Shown piece by piece: positions 37,201 to 48,200 of a DNA stretch of 64,000 nt. The notes under the pieces were generated by a model. That model saw nothing but the letters and a program-made list of their open reading frames with translations. It did no database searches and was not told the DNA's origin. A program made the translations under genes and the position numbers. The DNA lies in contig DF237188.1 of assembly GCA_000708835.1 (NCBI GenBank), forward strand, positions 62,001-126,000, in the 5' to 3' direction. The stretch's first letter is position 1. Each line of letters begins with the position of its first letter. The DNA comes from Klebsormidium nitens. Taxonomy: Eukaryota; Plantae; Klebsormidiophyceae.

Positions 37201-37977
37201 CCCGATGCGTCCGCAGCCTCCCCTGCGCCCTCCCCCGCCCGGGAGACCGTCTTCTCCTCATCCCGCTACGACTCTGATACTACGACCACCAGCGCCGACG
37301 AGGGACCCCCCCTAGAAAGGCCCTCGCGCAGGGAGCAATCCGGGGGGGTGAGCGAGGCGCCCCCTGCAGGGCACGACGAGCAGCGAGCAGCCCCCCACGA
37401 GGAGGAGAGCGTGGGCGCGCATCTGGCGTACAAAAAGGACCCGCTCTGGGCGGCGCTGGCGGATGCGGAAGCCAGCGTGTGGGAGGACGCGCTAGAGGAA
37501 AGGGCGGGCTCTGGCCGGGGGGGCACCCCAGGGTCGAAAGAACAGGAGAAAGCGCACGGGGAAGGACCCCGGGAGAGCGAGCCGGGGCCTGAGGCGCAAA
37601 GCCCTGCCTCGCCTGACGCGGGAAAGACCGCTCACGCTGATCAGGACGTGGCTAAAGCACGCGAGAGCGGCGCACCTTCTGATGGTCAGGGAGAGGCGAA
37701 CGGAGGTCAGGAAGGAGACAAGGAGCGAGCGCAGGAGAGGCACGGCGGCGGTGCGGTGGCGGCATCTGGGGAGAGCGACGAAGGGGGGTCGAGCGAGGAG
37801 GACGAGGAAGGGTGGCGCAAGGAAGAGGGCGCTGACCCGCTGCTGTGGGGGGCGGGGCGGGCCGGGGACAAGGAGCGGCAGGAAGGGGCGGGGGATCCCC
37901 TGTCCCGGGCGAGCAGCCTTGCGGACCGGGAGGAGGTGCCGGACACGCTGGGCAAGCGGACAAGCGGGCGGCTGTGA
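34246..37977 (+). CDS. SPG21: Maspardin (SPG21/ACP33-like alpha/beta-hydrolase fold) with a ~270-aa acidic C-terminal tail; about 8 exons
   Basis: [142 protein letters not shown]. The last exon (from ~37174) reads through into ORF 37348..37977. Confidence 0.92.
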
Positions 37978-40238
37978 GAAGTGCCGCTCGGGGAGGACGG
38001 GAGAGCGGTCGGGGGTGCGTGTATGGGGGCACGGAGAGTCACTCAAAAAAGGGAGTCGGCATGGAAGGATGCCCGGCGGTAGTCGGGGTGAGCGGTCAAT
38101 TCTTGACGGCTGATACGGCCACAGTCCAATTGCGGGTAGCAAACAATATCTTTCTTGTATACACTCATAGGTTCGTTAGCACGCAAGCTGAAGAAGAGGC
38201 GATTCTGACTGGAAAATAAAAATAAACCCGTGATTTAGCATGGATTGACAGATGGTCGATGATCGGGCACTTTGCTCAGTAGTGCCAGCTGTAAGACTCC
38301 CGTATGCGCTTGCTGCTGAAGTGCCTCAATGCAAACAGTCACGCCCTTCGCAAACCGGATTAGTGCACCTTTGGACGCTTTGTCCCTTTACCAGCTTAGA
38401 TCAACCATGACGCACGCCTTTAGCTCATGAGCGTAGATGATGCGTATATGGATTTGCCCAGCCGCATCCCAGAGTCAATTGACATGTGTTACCGCAGCGT
38501 GGCTTGCATGACTATTTGTGCATCACCATTTTCATGCCCTTGCCGTGGTGTTTGACGATGGAACAGACTGAGTCTCACGCACCATTCGTTGGGTCCCCAA
38601 ACGTCACAAATAGGTTGCAAGAGCGCTGCGCATGGATTTGATATAATTTGCTGACTCAGTGATACAGGCTGGTTTGAAGCATGCATGATAGCGGCATGGA
38701 GGTATGCAAGCATATGCATAGCGACGAAGTCAAATGTTGATCAATCGAGCACGAGCGCTGTATATGTGTGAGTGAGTCATAAGCGGGAAGCAAACGCTGA
38801 TGGTGTAAAGCAGGTCATGGCCAGCTAGAATTGGCCTTAAGTTACTCCATGTTGACCGGGCCTTGATGCTCCAGTACATCTGCTTATAGCTATGATACTG
38901 AGTTCGATTGATCTTGATTTTAGCTATATGGCATGACCTTTCTGACCCGCCGTGCACGGTTTCAGCATATTCTTTCCGACTATAAGTTGGCCTCTGCATC
39001 AACATGATACATGGCCGGCCCAATTCTCTATAGATACAATGAATTATGTAAGAATCAATTACAAGGATGAATTAAGCATTGGAGCGTCTCAGGCGTTTGT
39101 CAGCCGTCCGAAATTCGAGTCTACGACAGAATTTACTATCCTAATGCTCTTCAATTAAAGTAAGATTGCTTGGGAAGTAATCGAAGTGCTTCACATGGCG
39201 GTAAGCGGGTCCTGCTTCCAAGCAGCAATGGACGAAAGTTGTGAATACGGAACGTCCTAACTTTCAACCATTTGAACCAGCCAAACAAAAGAGAGTGCAG
39301 GACTGAGGACGCAGGTGTGTCGATTGACAAGATTATTGTGCCCTTGTTCAGGCTACACGTCGACTCGTAGTGCCAGGTGTCGTCAGTTGATTGGAAGCAC
39401 TGCTTCAATGAGCCGTTAATTCTGCCAGGTGTACGGCCTTGACGGTGACATATGAGTCTTGAGGCCGGGACTGCGGGAGCATATCAATGTCATGCGGTGC
39501 TACACTTCTAGTGCTTGACTATGTACCGCACTGGCTATTAGTGAATTAGTAGATACGACTCCAAGCTGCTTCTGGATCGCCTTTCGCTTTGAGATTTGGG
39601 GAAGAACGGCATCCTTAGGCTTTGATCAGAGGGTAAACGCGACTGAGTAGCCAATGCTGAAATGCACGCAGCAATATCGGAAGAGCGGTTGAAACCAGAT
39701 CATGAGAATGCTGAGCCCGCAGGTGAGCATCGGCCTTGGACTCATGTCTGGCACCAATGGTTTTGCCAGTTGAACGGAACAAGAAAGCAGAGCACTTTCT
39801 GAAATGGATTGCCACTTGTGTGTTACGCCGTGTTCCTTGCACGGATGCCTAGCTGTTGCCTCAAATTGCCGGTAAGCCGCTCAAGTTTCTGAGATCTTCG
39901 GGAGGACAGACAGCTTTTGACTTTAAACCATTTCTTCAGAAGAGCAAAGGGTTTTGAGCCCGCTCTTACGTTCCTAAGTTTTGAGGATCATTGGGAAACC
40001 TTCGAGTGCTGATTAGGAGCCTGACTTTGATCACCAAACAGGCCATCATTGCGTTTAAATCATAAATGTGGCAATTGCATAACCTGCTCTTATTTGAGAA
40101 GGAGAAAGAAGGTTTGGCTTATCTTTCACCCTCTCTTCGCAGGACAGCGCAGGAGAGTCAGTGCGCTGATGCTGTGGATGTTCAAAGGTACATAAAGCGC
40201 GGTGTGACATCTGGTGGAGACAGCCGAAAGATCGCAGC

Positions 40239-41600
40239 TTGCTTAAGAAGAGGTCCAACCGGACCCTTGAAGAGGAGGCAAATCAAAGCAGGAATTCCAA
40301 TGCTCAGCAGAGCATGGAGACCTCCAAGGGTCCCCTTGCGGACGGGAAGCAAGCTGCAGGAGAGACGGTGGCTAGCTTTGCACGCATCGAGGCCTCCCTC
40401 TCGGAGTGTGGCAAGAATGAGGAAGCCTTATCATCAGCATCTACAGGGTGGAGTAAAGCAAAGCACTCCTTGGACAAAATGTCCATTGCAGAGGCTGAAC
40501 AGGATAGTCTCGAAATCCTGCTCAAAGATCGAGAGAAGAAACTTGCACGATTGGCAGGTCTCGAATTCGATCTGGCCCAGCACAAGAACCAGGTCTCTTT
40601 TCTGGAGTCTGCAGTGCGAAGGTTCAGGCAAGATCTAGAGGCGTTGAGAGAGCTCAAGGAGCAGCCCAGGGCTGTTTCAGAATGCTCGACCCCCGCAGCT
40701 TCCGTCGAGAGGGGTCAGCGTAAGACGGATCCGCAGGGCACAGGACACGCAGCAAGTGATCCGGTGACTGAGGGAGCTGAAGACGCAGTAGGACCCAGGG
40801 TTTCGATGCTGAGTTCTCAGGGCAATCTGGATAATCAAGAAACCGAGTGGAAAGACAGTCAACCTGCGCAACTAGATCGTCAGAGCTTTGAAGTACTGCT
40901 GCAAGATCGAGAGAAAAAAGCAGCACTTATTCGGAAGCTGAGCTTTGACCTGATGCAGCAGCAGAGGCGGGCTTCGTTCTTCGAGTCGACACTAGAACGA
41001 TTCAGAGAGGATGTCAAGATGTCGGACGCCCTTAGAAATGACAGCTTCACTCTAATGAGCAATTCAACTGAATCAATCTTGTTATCTCGGAAAGAGAGTG
41101 GAAGTGGTTGTCTCGTCTGTGGATGCACAAGCGCAATCCAGGGGGTGGAAGAGAACTCCTTTCTGGACGCGAACGAAGCAGATCCCGTCTCGTCCATCAG
41201 GCGCGATGAAGAATCTTTGCTCCAGCGAGAAGGCCTTGAAGCTCTGCTGAGAGATCGAGATGAAAAGCTGGGGCTAATCAGCAAACTGCGCATGGATCTA
41301 AGACATAAAGCATCTCTCGTTGAAATAGTCATCTGGAAGCTTTGCCAGGAAGCGGAATCAACAGAGTCATGCTTGGAAAAGGGAGATTCTCATCTCATAT
41401 CTACGGAAAGGGCACTAGTGACTGTTGAAAGCAAGGTAGAATTGCTGTCTCAGAGATTAAGCGAGGCAGCTGACAAGGTGTGCTGTTTGCGGAACGAGAA
41501 AAAGGCTTCAACATCCAGGAGAAGCATCAAACGGAGGTTGACAAGCTGGTTGATATGTGGCACCAGGTCAATACAACAGTATAACGGCAATGTAGATTAG
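40239..41600 (+). CDS. Orphan coiled-coil protein (~430-450 aa in one uninterrupted ORF) with three internal ~45-aa repeats
   Basis: 453-codon ORF; the first ATG (METSKG) is near 40314. Repeats: LEILLKDREKK..., FEVLLQDREKK..., LEALLRDRDEK... No family recognised. Confidence 0.7.
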   Translation: MLKKRSNRTLEEEANQSRNSNAQQSMETSKGPLADGKQAAGETVASFARIEASLSECGKNEEALSSASTGWSKAKHSLDKMSIAEAEQDSLEILLKDREKKLARLAGLEFDLAQHKNQVSFLESAVRRFRQDLEALRELKEQPRAVSECSTPAASVERGQRKTDPQGTGHAASDPVTEGAEDAVGPRVSMLSSQGNLDNQETEWKDSQPAQLDRQSFEVLLQDREKKAALIRKLSFDLMQQQRRASFFESTLERFREDVKMSDALRNDSFTLMSNSTESILLSRKESGSGCLVCGCTSAIQGVEENSFLDANEADPVSSIRRDEESLLQREGLEALLRDRDEKLGLISKLRMDLRHKASLVEIVIWKLCQEAESTESCLEKGDSHLISTERALVTVESKVELLSQRLSEAADKVCCLRNEKKASTSRRSIKRRLTSWLICGTRSIQQYNGNVD

Positions 41601-42629
41601 CAAGCTATAAGTAGCTAGGAATCTGTCTCCTCCGATGTAACGAAGTGCTTACAAGTATGCGTTTTAGAACTCGAACCTTATAGCACGAAGCTTAGGTGAG
41701 AACTTTGGTGCCCGAATCTTGAGGGTGTCACATCATGAAGCCGGAAGAGTTATTGGTATCCGTCAATCTGAAGGCCTCGCGCCTGATCAACAAGACCAAT
41801 GCATTGGATCCTATATAGTCCACAATCCTATCTATAGTCCACGATTTTGGCATCTAAAGATCCGAAAAAAGTGCGAGATCCTCTGATTGTTTTGTCAATC
41901 AAAAAGCACTGCCACTGATTTGACACGTCGCTTCGTGGCAGGATCGAGCCCCATGTACACAGCTTTCAACTGAAAATGCGTGCAGATAACGACACGCTAA
42001 AAGTCTTCTTTTGAGGCAAATGGACATTTTCGAAGCTTTAGATACGCATCTTTCTCATGGGAGCCCATCAAACTTCCAAAACCTTGTCACTAGACCTAGC
42101 CCGTTGCCGCGGTCCAGCTTGTTACTAGCTTCAGCTGATCAGCGGCCTCCTGAGCTCTTCGCATGTTTGATGGGAATGAAGCCGGCAGCGTTTCTTTTGT
42201 GACCTGCGCCCGGACGTACGATCGCTGTGTTCACACTAGATATCATGAATTGCCTTTCCGCGGATCAACGTCGCTGGTCTGTTGACAACCCATCGACACA
42301 ATAACACTGTTGCTGAGTACCCGATGAAGTTCCATTCACTGACGTTTCGTATACAAGTCATCGACAACAAAGACATTCGTAGAATCGAGGAGCATTGACA
42401 AGATTTCGATTCTAAGAGCTGCCCGAGAGCTGTTGGACGTCGTGCTACTAGGACCAAGAGGTCGATCAACATCTATACCTATATTTACCTCAAAGGTTCA
42501 GATTATCTACCGCGTACAGTCGATCAGGCACCCACCTCATAATTCCTCGCAGTACGTCCAGTACGTATTTGCATTGATGTCGGTCAACTTAACCGCCGTG
42601 TGACCATCGTATCCACGAAGCTATGCTAC

Positions 42630-43160
42630 TGGTTCCGTGCATGAACGCAAGGCCCTTGGGCGCGGCCCACCATGCCGGGCCTGCCGCAATATTGTTTCAC
42701 TGGATGCATGGCCGCCACTACGGCACCGCCCCAAACCGTGGTCAGCTGACGGATCGACTCTGATCGGTCTGGACTAGCCTCGTTGAGTGGCCGTCCGCTC
42801 GCGGAGCTCCCCGCCCGTCCACTCAGCAACGTAGTACGGCCGCGCGTAGTCGTGGGGGCCGGGCGCGCCTTTTGGCGGCTCGCGGCCGCTCTGCGGCACA
42901 GAGGGTTTGGGGAGTCCATTATTGTTGAAGCTTTATGGGTTAGGTTTTAACCGCAGATGTTATTTTCAAACAAACGTACCCGCTCGGGGCCCTGGGCAAA
43001 ACTACCGGGCACTGCCCTTATGTATTTTCCGGGCCGAGGCGACCGGCTGTGCCGTCCAGCGCGGCCCGCCAGGTACTTAACGGCATGCAGAGTCGCCGAG
43101 TGACTTTCCGGCCAGGCCTTTTGTGACCGGGGGACAAGACTCGTACTGCATGGGCTAGCC
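42630..43160. promoter_or_regulatory. GC/CpG-rich island, probable promoter of the downstream zinc-finger/ULP locus
   Basis: CG-dense segment within CG-poorer flanks. Several splice-donor-like sites between it and ATG 45251 (AAG|GTTAGC ~43363, CAG|GTGAGT ~43728) suggest a spliced 5' UTR. Confidence 0.3.
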
Positions 43161-45250
43161 GGGCTCGACAAAAACAGTGGTAGGTTTATTGAAACTTCGA
43201 TCTGGGAAGCGGTGGCTTTTCACACTGAAGCCGTACGGGCAGCTCACTTGCTCGCTGAAACCGGCACATACGACGGCTATCTCGACAGGGTACAGCGAAC
43301 CGCCGGTACAAACCACCTTCTTCTTGGTTGGATTGTGAATAACACCCAGAATAACCCAAATAAGGTTAGCGAGGTTTCCGGGATCCGCTCGCTAGAGTAT
43401 CTTTCGTCTGTTGCCGTTTCTCGTCAGGCTTTGAACAGTAGCCCTCCAATGGGAAAGGGCGTCCCTTCAGATCTTGTTCAGGAAGCTGGCCATATGGAGC
43501 CTGAGGAGCCCTGCAAGGCGCTCTGCTAGCAAGCTCGTGTGCTCCCTTGTTTGAAGCTTCTCAAACATCGCTTGGGGACTCCGAAGAACGCCCAGGCTAC
43601 AGAATCTGAGCTATGGGTTCCATTCATCCAAAGGAAGTTGACAGCGATTGCATCGCGTGCTCTCTTTGCCTGAGCTGATTGGAGCGAAAGTGCGTTGTGC
43701 TTGAAGCACTCTGAGAACTACTTTTCAGGTGAGTTCCAGTTCCCAGATGTACTGGGCTCTTTCAGCTGTGTCTACTGTGCTGGGCCTTTGCACATACTGA
43801 AAGCTGTGGTTCCTTGGAGGCTTCCTAAAACCAGAAACCTTGGTCTGGTTGCTTTTTACAAGACCACCCCGCAGGTCTTGTGGAAGAGATAAGTCTCTAA
43901 CGTAAACAAGTTCTGTCAGTGTGTGCTGGCTTTAGCTGGGGCTACACCCTTTACCAGCACCATGAAGAGGGGCTAGGACAAGCTTTCTCTTGTGATTCTG
44001 GCATTCACCTGTCAGTGTACAGAGGACTTTGTCGACAGTTCAGCTAGCTTGAGGAGTCATCTCGTTTATCTGAGCTGCCTGTGTACCATTATGTGAGGTC
44101 GTGCATTATCCTAGCCGTTCCCTAGTCTCCAGTCATCAGTCTGTATGTCAATGCTTTTGATGAGTTTGACTCGATCAACTTACTTATTGTTGTTAGTTGC
44201 AAGCTGCAAATCTGACGCCCGGCATTTCCTTGGCATCACATGAGTTGTATAGCTGTCCCCTTCCAGTGAAGCTGCGCGGAACTGTCCAGCATGGGGACAG
44301 TGGGGGTCTGTTTCTGCCAATGCCTGCTCGCAGAGGCTTCGTAGCTCCTTTCCAATCTTGAAAGTTGGTAGTTCAAGCTCGTTGACAATGCATTCTTGAC
44401 AGGGAGGTCAGATTCAAAGAGCAGCGTTTGCTGGCAAAAGCCAGCAAGAGATGGACCTAGTGTCATTCCAATTGTTGCAGCTTTCGAACAGCCATGCTTT
44501 CCATCTTTCAGATCAGGTGCTTGGTACTGTGATTTAGAATAGGAAGTACTTCAGGCTTCTTCAAAGGTCCATTAGGTTCATGCGGTTCGCCAATGTGCAA
44601 GGAGGCCAAGCATGCGGCCTTTGTTTGGGTAGAGGGTCATTCCATGTGCGTTGTTACCGGCATGTCCGCAGGCTGGTAGTGCTGGCGCTAGACCCCTTGC
44701 AATTGGGCAATATCCATGATTGTGGCAGGTGTTCCTGCCCTGGGGATTGGATTATGTAACTGTATAACCATACATTGGTCAATGAGCTCTGGGATGGACT
44801 GAAGGCTGCCCTGCTGCTTCTGTATCATGTCTGGCAGTTACGTAGCATTTGCCAGGTCAGCCTTGCTAGGCGCAGCTCATGCTTGCAAAGGGCGCTTTCT
44901 TGTGTCGGGGTTGATTGCACTGCCAAAGAGACTGTGAACTGCTTTCTGGGTCGTACTCTCAGGCCAGGAATGAATCTCAGTTGGCTGTCTGGCATGCTAA
45001 TGAAAGCCAAGAGCATGCGACCTGGCTTGTGACGCAAGGACTTGCCTCTACTGGCGGAGTCTGCAGAACTCTCTGTTAATTCTTCCTTTCTATCCACTCT
45101 TGGAAGCAGTGTCCAAGACAACTGGGAAACAGAGATGCTCTTCAATGACATTCACTCAGCCAATCACAAGGACATTCAATTATGATTTGGCAGGTGTACC
45201 CTTTGTGATTGATTACCTGCCTGATCTGCAGGTATCTGCAACAGAACCTC

Positions 45251-48200
45251 ATGGAGGACGCAGTCGACAAAGCAGAAAAGCCAGCAGGTGCAGGTCTGGA
45301 ATCCCCGCCAGCTGATCCTCCCAGCAACCCCAAGGACATGGAGACTGAAGACGAGACCAGCAACGCCTCAGCCTTGCCTGAGGGCTCTGCTGTGGTGGCA
45401 GACGCTGCATCAGACCTGCTCCCAGCAATTCCGATAAAGAAGAAGCGCTCCCAGATGCGCACGCGTGATGACGGGGCGGCCAAGTGGAAGGGCCCCGTGC
45501 TGGATGGGGCCGCTGCAGGCGCAGCCGCAGTCCCAGTGGAAGTCAAGGTGGAGGAAGTGGGGTCCGAGGCAGAGAGCGAGGATGTGCGGGGGGAGGCGCA
45601 GCCGCCAGAGCGGCCGGGAGAGCGGCGGCTGGCCAAGCCGGGGACCACCATCAACGGCAAGGGGCCACTGCAGGTGTGCTCCATCTGTGGCTTCAAGAGC
45701 CGCCACGGCCCTGCGCTGACAGCGCACCAGAAGGGCCACAAGAACGAGAAAGCGCCGCGAGTGGAGAAGCGCAAGCACAAGCTGCTGGCGGATGTGGTGG
45801 AAGCGGAGCGCAGCGATAAGAAGGGGGTGAAGAGCGAGCAGTCGGAGGGGGTGGCGGCGAGCGAGGGGGAAGACGACGGGGAAGAGGTGACACAGGAAGG
45901 TGGGGCAAAGGGGGAGGCGTGGGGCGCCAATGTTTGTAATATCTGCAACAAGAAATTCAAGAATGACAAGGCGCTGTTTGGGCACAAGGGGCGCGTGCAC
46001 AGTAACCACAAGCAAGAGCTGGAGAAGCAGGCCGCTCTTGCAGGGGGGCCGGAGCGCAAGGTGCGGCGGCGCGGGGGCGAGGGGAAGGGCCGCAAAAGGG
46101 CGGCGAGCGAGGAGGGGCGGGGAAGCGAGGAGTATGTGTCGGCAGAGGAGAACGAGCTGAGCGGGGATGAGGGAGGGCCAGGAGAGGAGAATGAACAGAT
46201 GGAGATGCTGCAGGCGGCCGAGGTTCTGATGGCGGTGGGGTTTTTCAAACGAGACGATGAGAAGAAGGAGGCGTGGAAGAAGGGGGGGAAAGGAGAGAAG
46301 GTCACGGAGGAGAAGGGGAAGGGAAAAGATTCCACCGGGGCTGCTGAGAAAGAGACTGAGGGGCAGACAGAGGGCAAGAAGGGCGAGGCGGAGCCTGCTG
46401 CAGCGGGCGAAAAGGCGACAGGGCCTGCGGAGAAGGACGAGAAGCTCGCTGATGGTGGCCAGGAAGAAGGGCGCGCAGGCGGAGGTCAGACGCAGGATGC
46501 GAAGGACACTGCAGCACAGGCGGAGGGGGAGACACCAGGAGTAGGGGATGGGGACACTGGAGATGAGATCAAGGAGGGGGGCCCTGTGGAGGAGGCTGCC
46601 CTGGCCCTGCCGTCCAAGAGAGCGGAAGCAGCGGACGAGAAGGCCGCAGGAGAAGCACCTGGCAAGGAAGACCCAAAGGACGAAGGGCCCCCTGGCGCCG
46701 CACGGGACGACGAGCCTAAGGGTAGCCAGGGGCCGGAGGGGGCAGAATCGATGGACACCTCTGATGCGCCCAAGGAGGACGCCAACGGGGCCTTCAAGGG
46801 AGATGGCCCCCAGGATGCTGTGGCGCCTTCTGCCCCTGTTGAGGTAGCAGCCTCAGAGCCTCAAGACGGGCCAACCCACAAGCAAGCGGAGGGGGTGACA
46901 GTGGCAGCAAAACCAGCGGGGGTGGACACTGATGGCCCTCAGGGGGTTGAGGAAGCAGAGCGTGAGCCCCCTGCTGCGACGCCTGTGAAGGGAGTGCCAG
47001 AGGAGACCGCGGTTGCAAGGGGGCAGTCAGAAGGAGTAGCTGCCCCTGTGACAGAGGCTGTCGAGCAAGCCGAAGCCAAAGATGCAGTCATGGCAGAGGC
47101 AGAAGGAGAAGCGGTTGCGGATGAGATGGAGGTGGATGTTGAGCTTGAGCTGGCCTCCCCGCCTGTGGAGCTGGAGCCAGAGGTGCCAGTGGCACTCGAC
47201 TTGCCTGCTGGAATCAAACAGAGCGCACCAGGGCTGGCAGCAGCAGCAATCGAGCCAGCACCAGTGGCGGGAGGGGCGATGCCCGAGCAGAAAGCGACGG
47301 TGGGAAAAGGTAGGACACGCCGCGGGGCGGCGGGGGGCCTGCCTGGAGGAGCGAAGGAGGAGGGAGATGCAAGAGAGCAGGTGAGCGCTAAAGCAGTGTG
47401 TGATAGGTCGACTGTTCGTATGCCTCCTTCCCTGCCAGATTTTATGGGTGACCGCACCTTGAGGCCTCCTAACTGCCGCAATAAAAGCATAATAGGACGA
47501 CTCGGGGATGGTTCGAGTGCTCTGCCTATCATGAGTCGATTTTTCCTAACCGTTATTCAGCGCTGTAAGTGATGAACAGTCAGCAAAGTTCTGGTTGACA
47601 ATGTGGCTTCAATAACATAGCCTGAGCATGTTATGCAGTTGCACTGCGGCTAAGCCTCTAAGTCCAGAGGCTTTTACTGCTGTTCAACTTGAGATCTGTC
47701 AGAGTAGTCTGCTGTGGACTTGAGCACCTGCTCAATAGAGCTCTGTCTGTCTTCTCAATGCAAGAATGTTCCTTTTCATGTCAAACTCGTTAAGACTTTG
47801 TCTACTGCTGTCAGTACCAGCAACTAGGAATGCAGCACCTAATGCACCGCCCTTCACCTGACCTCTCTCCTCGTTTCCCCTGTCCAGGCCACCATGGCCC
47901 CAGTTCCTAAGAAGGCAAGCGCACGCTCCCCCAAGCTGCGTCGCCACGTCCCAGAAGGCCCCCTGCCCCTGCCCGCGCTGTGGTCCGAGAGCCAGGAGGA
48001 TGCGCCCCTCGCGCAGCCCCTGGCGCGCAGCAGTAGCAGGGGCTTCAACACCGCCCACAAGTCCAGCATGGTGCACGCACCCTCGCCCCAGCTCATCCTA
48101 GCGGACGGGCCCGCTCTCGCCGTAGTGGGTACCGCAGAGCCAGGAGGGGGCTTTGCCACCGAGGTGGTGCCATTTGCTGCCCACCCAACTTCATTCGAGC

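Noticed and set aside
38400-39900. Series of short - strand ORFs between maspardin and the coiled-coil gene
   Set aside because: I could not build a consistent spliced frame and recognised no motif.
41935-41955. tRNA T-arm-like GCAGGATCGAGCCCC
   Set aside because: There is no acceptor stem, D-arm or anticodon arm; I recognised no tRNA, rRNA or snRNA anywhere in the window.
42901-42950. Telomere-like GGGTTTGGG / GGGTTAGG words (also GGTTAGGGTT at ~12367)
   Set aside because: They are isolated single words with no tandem array.
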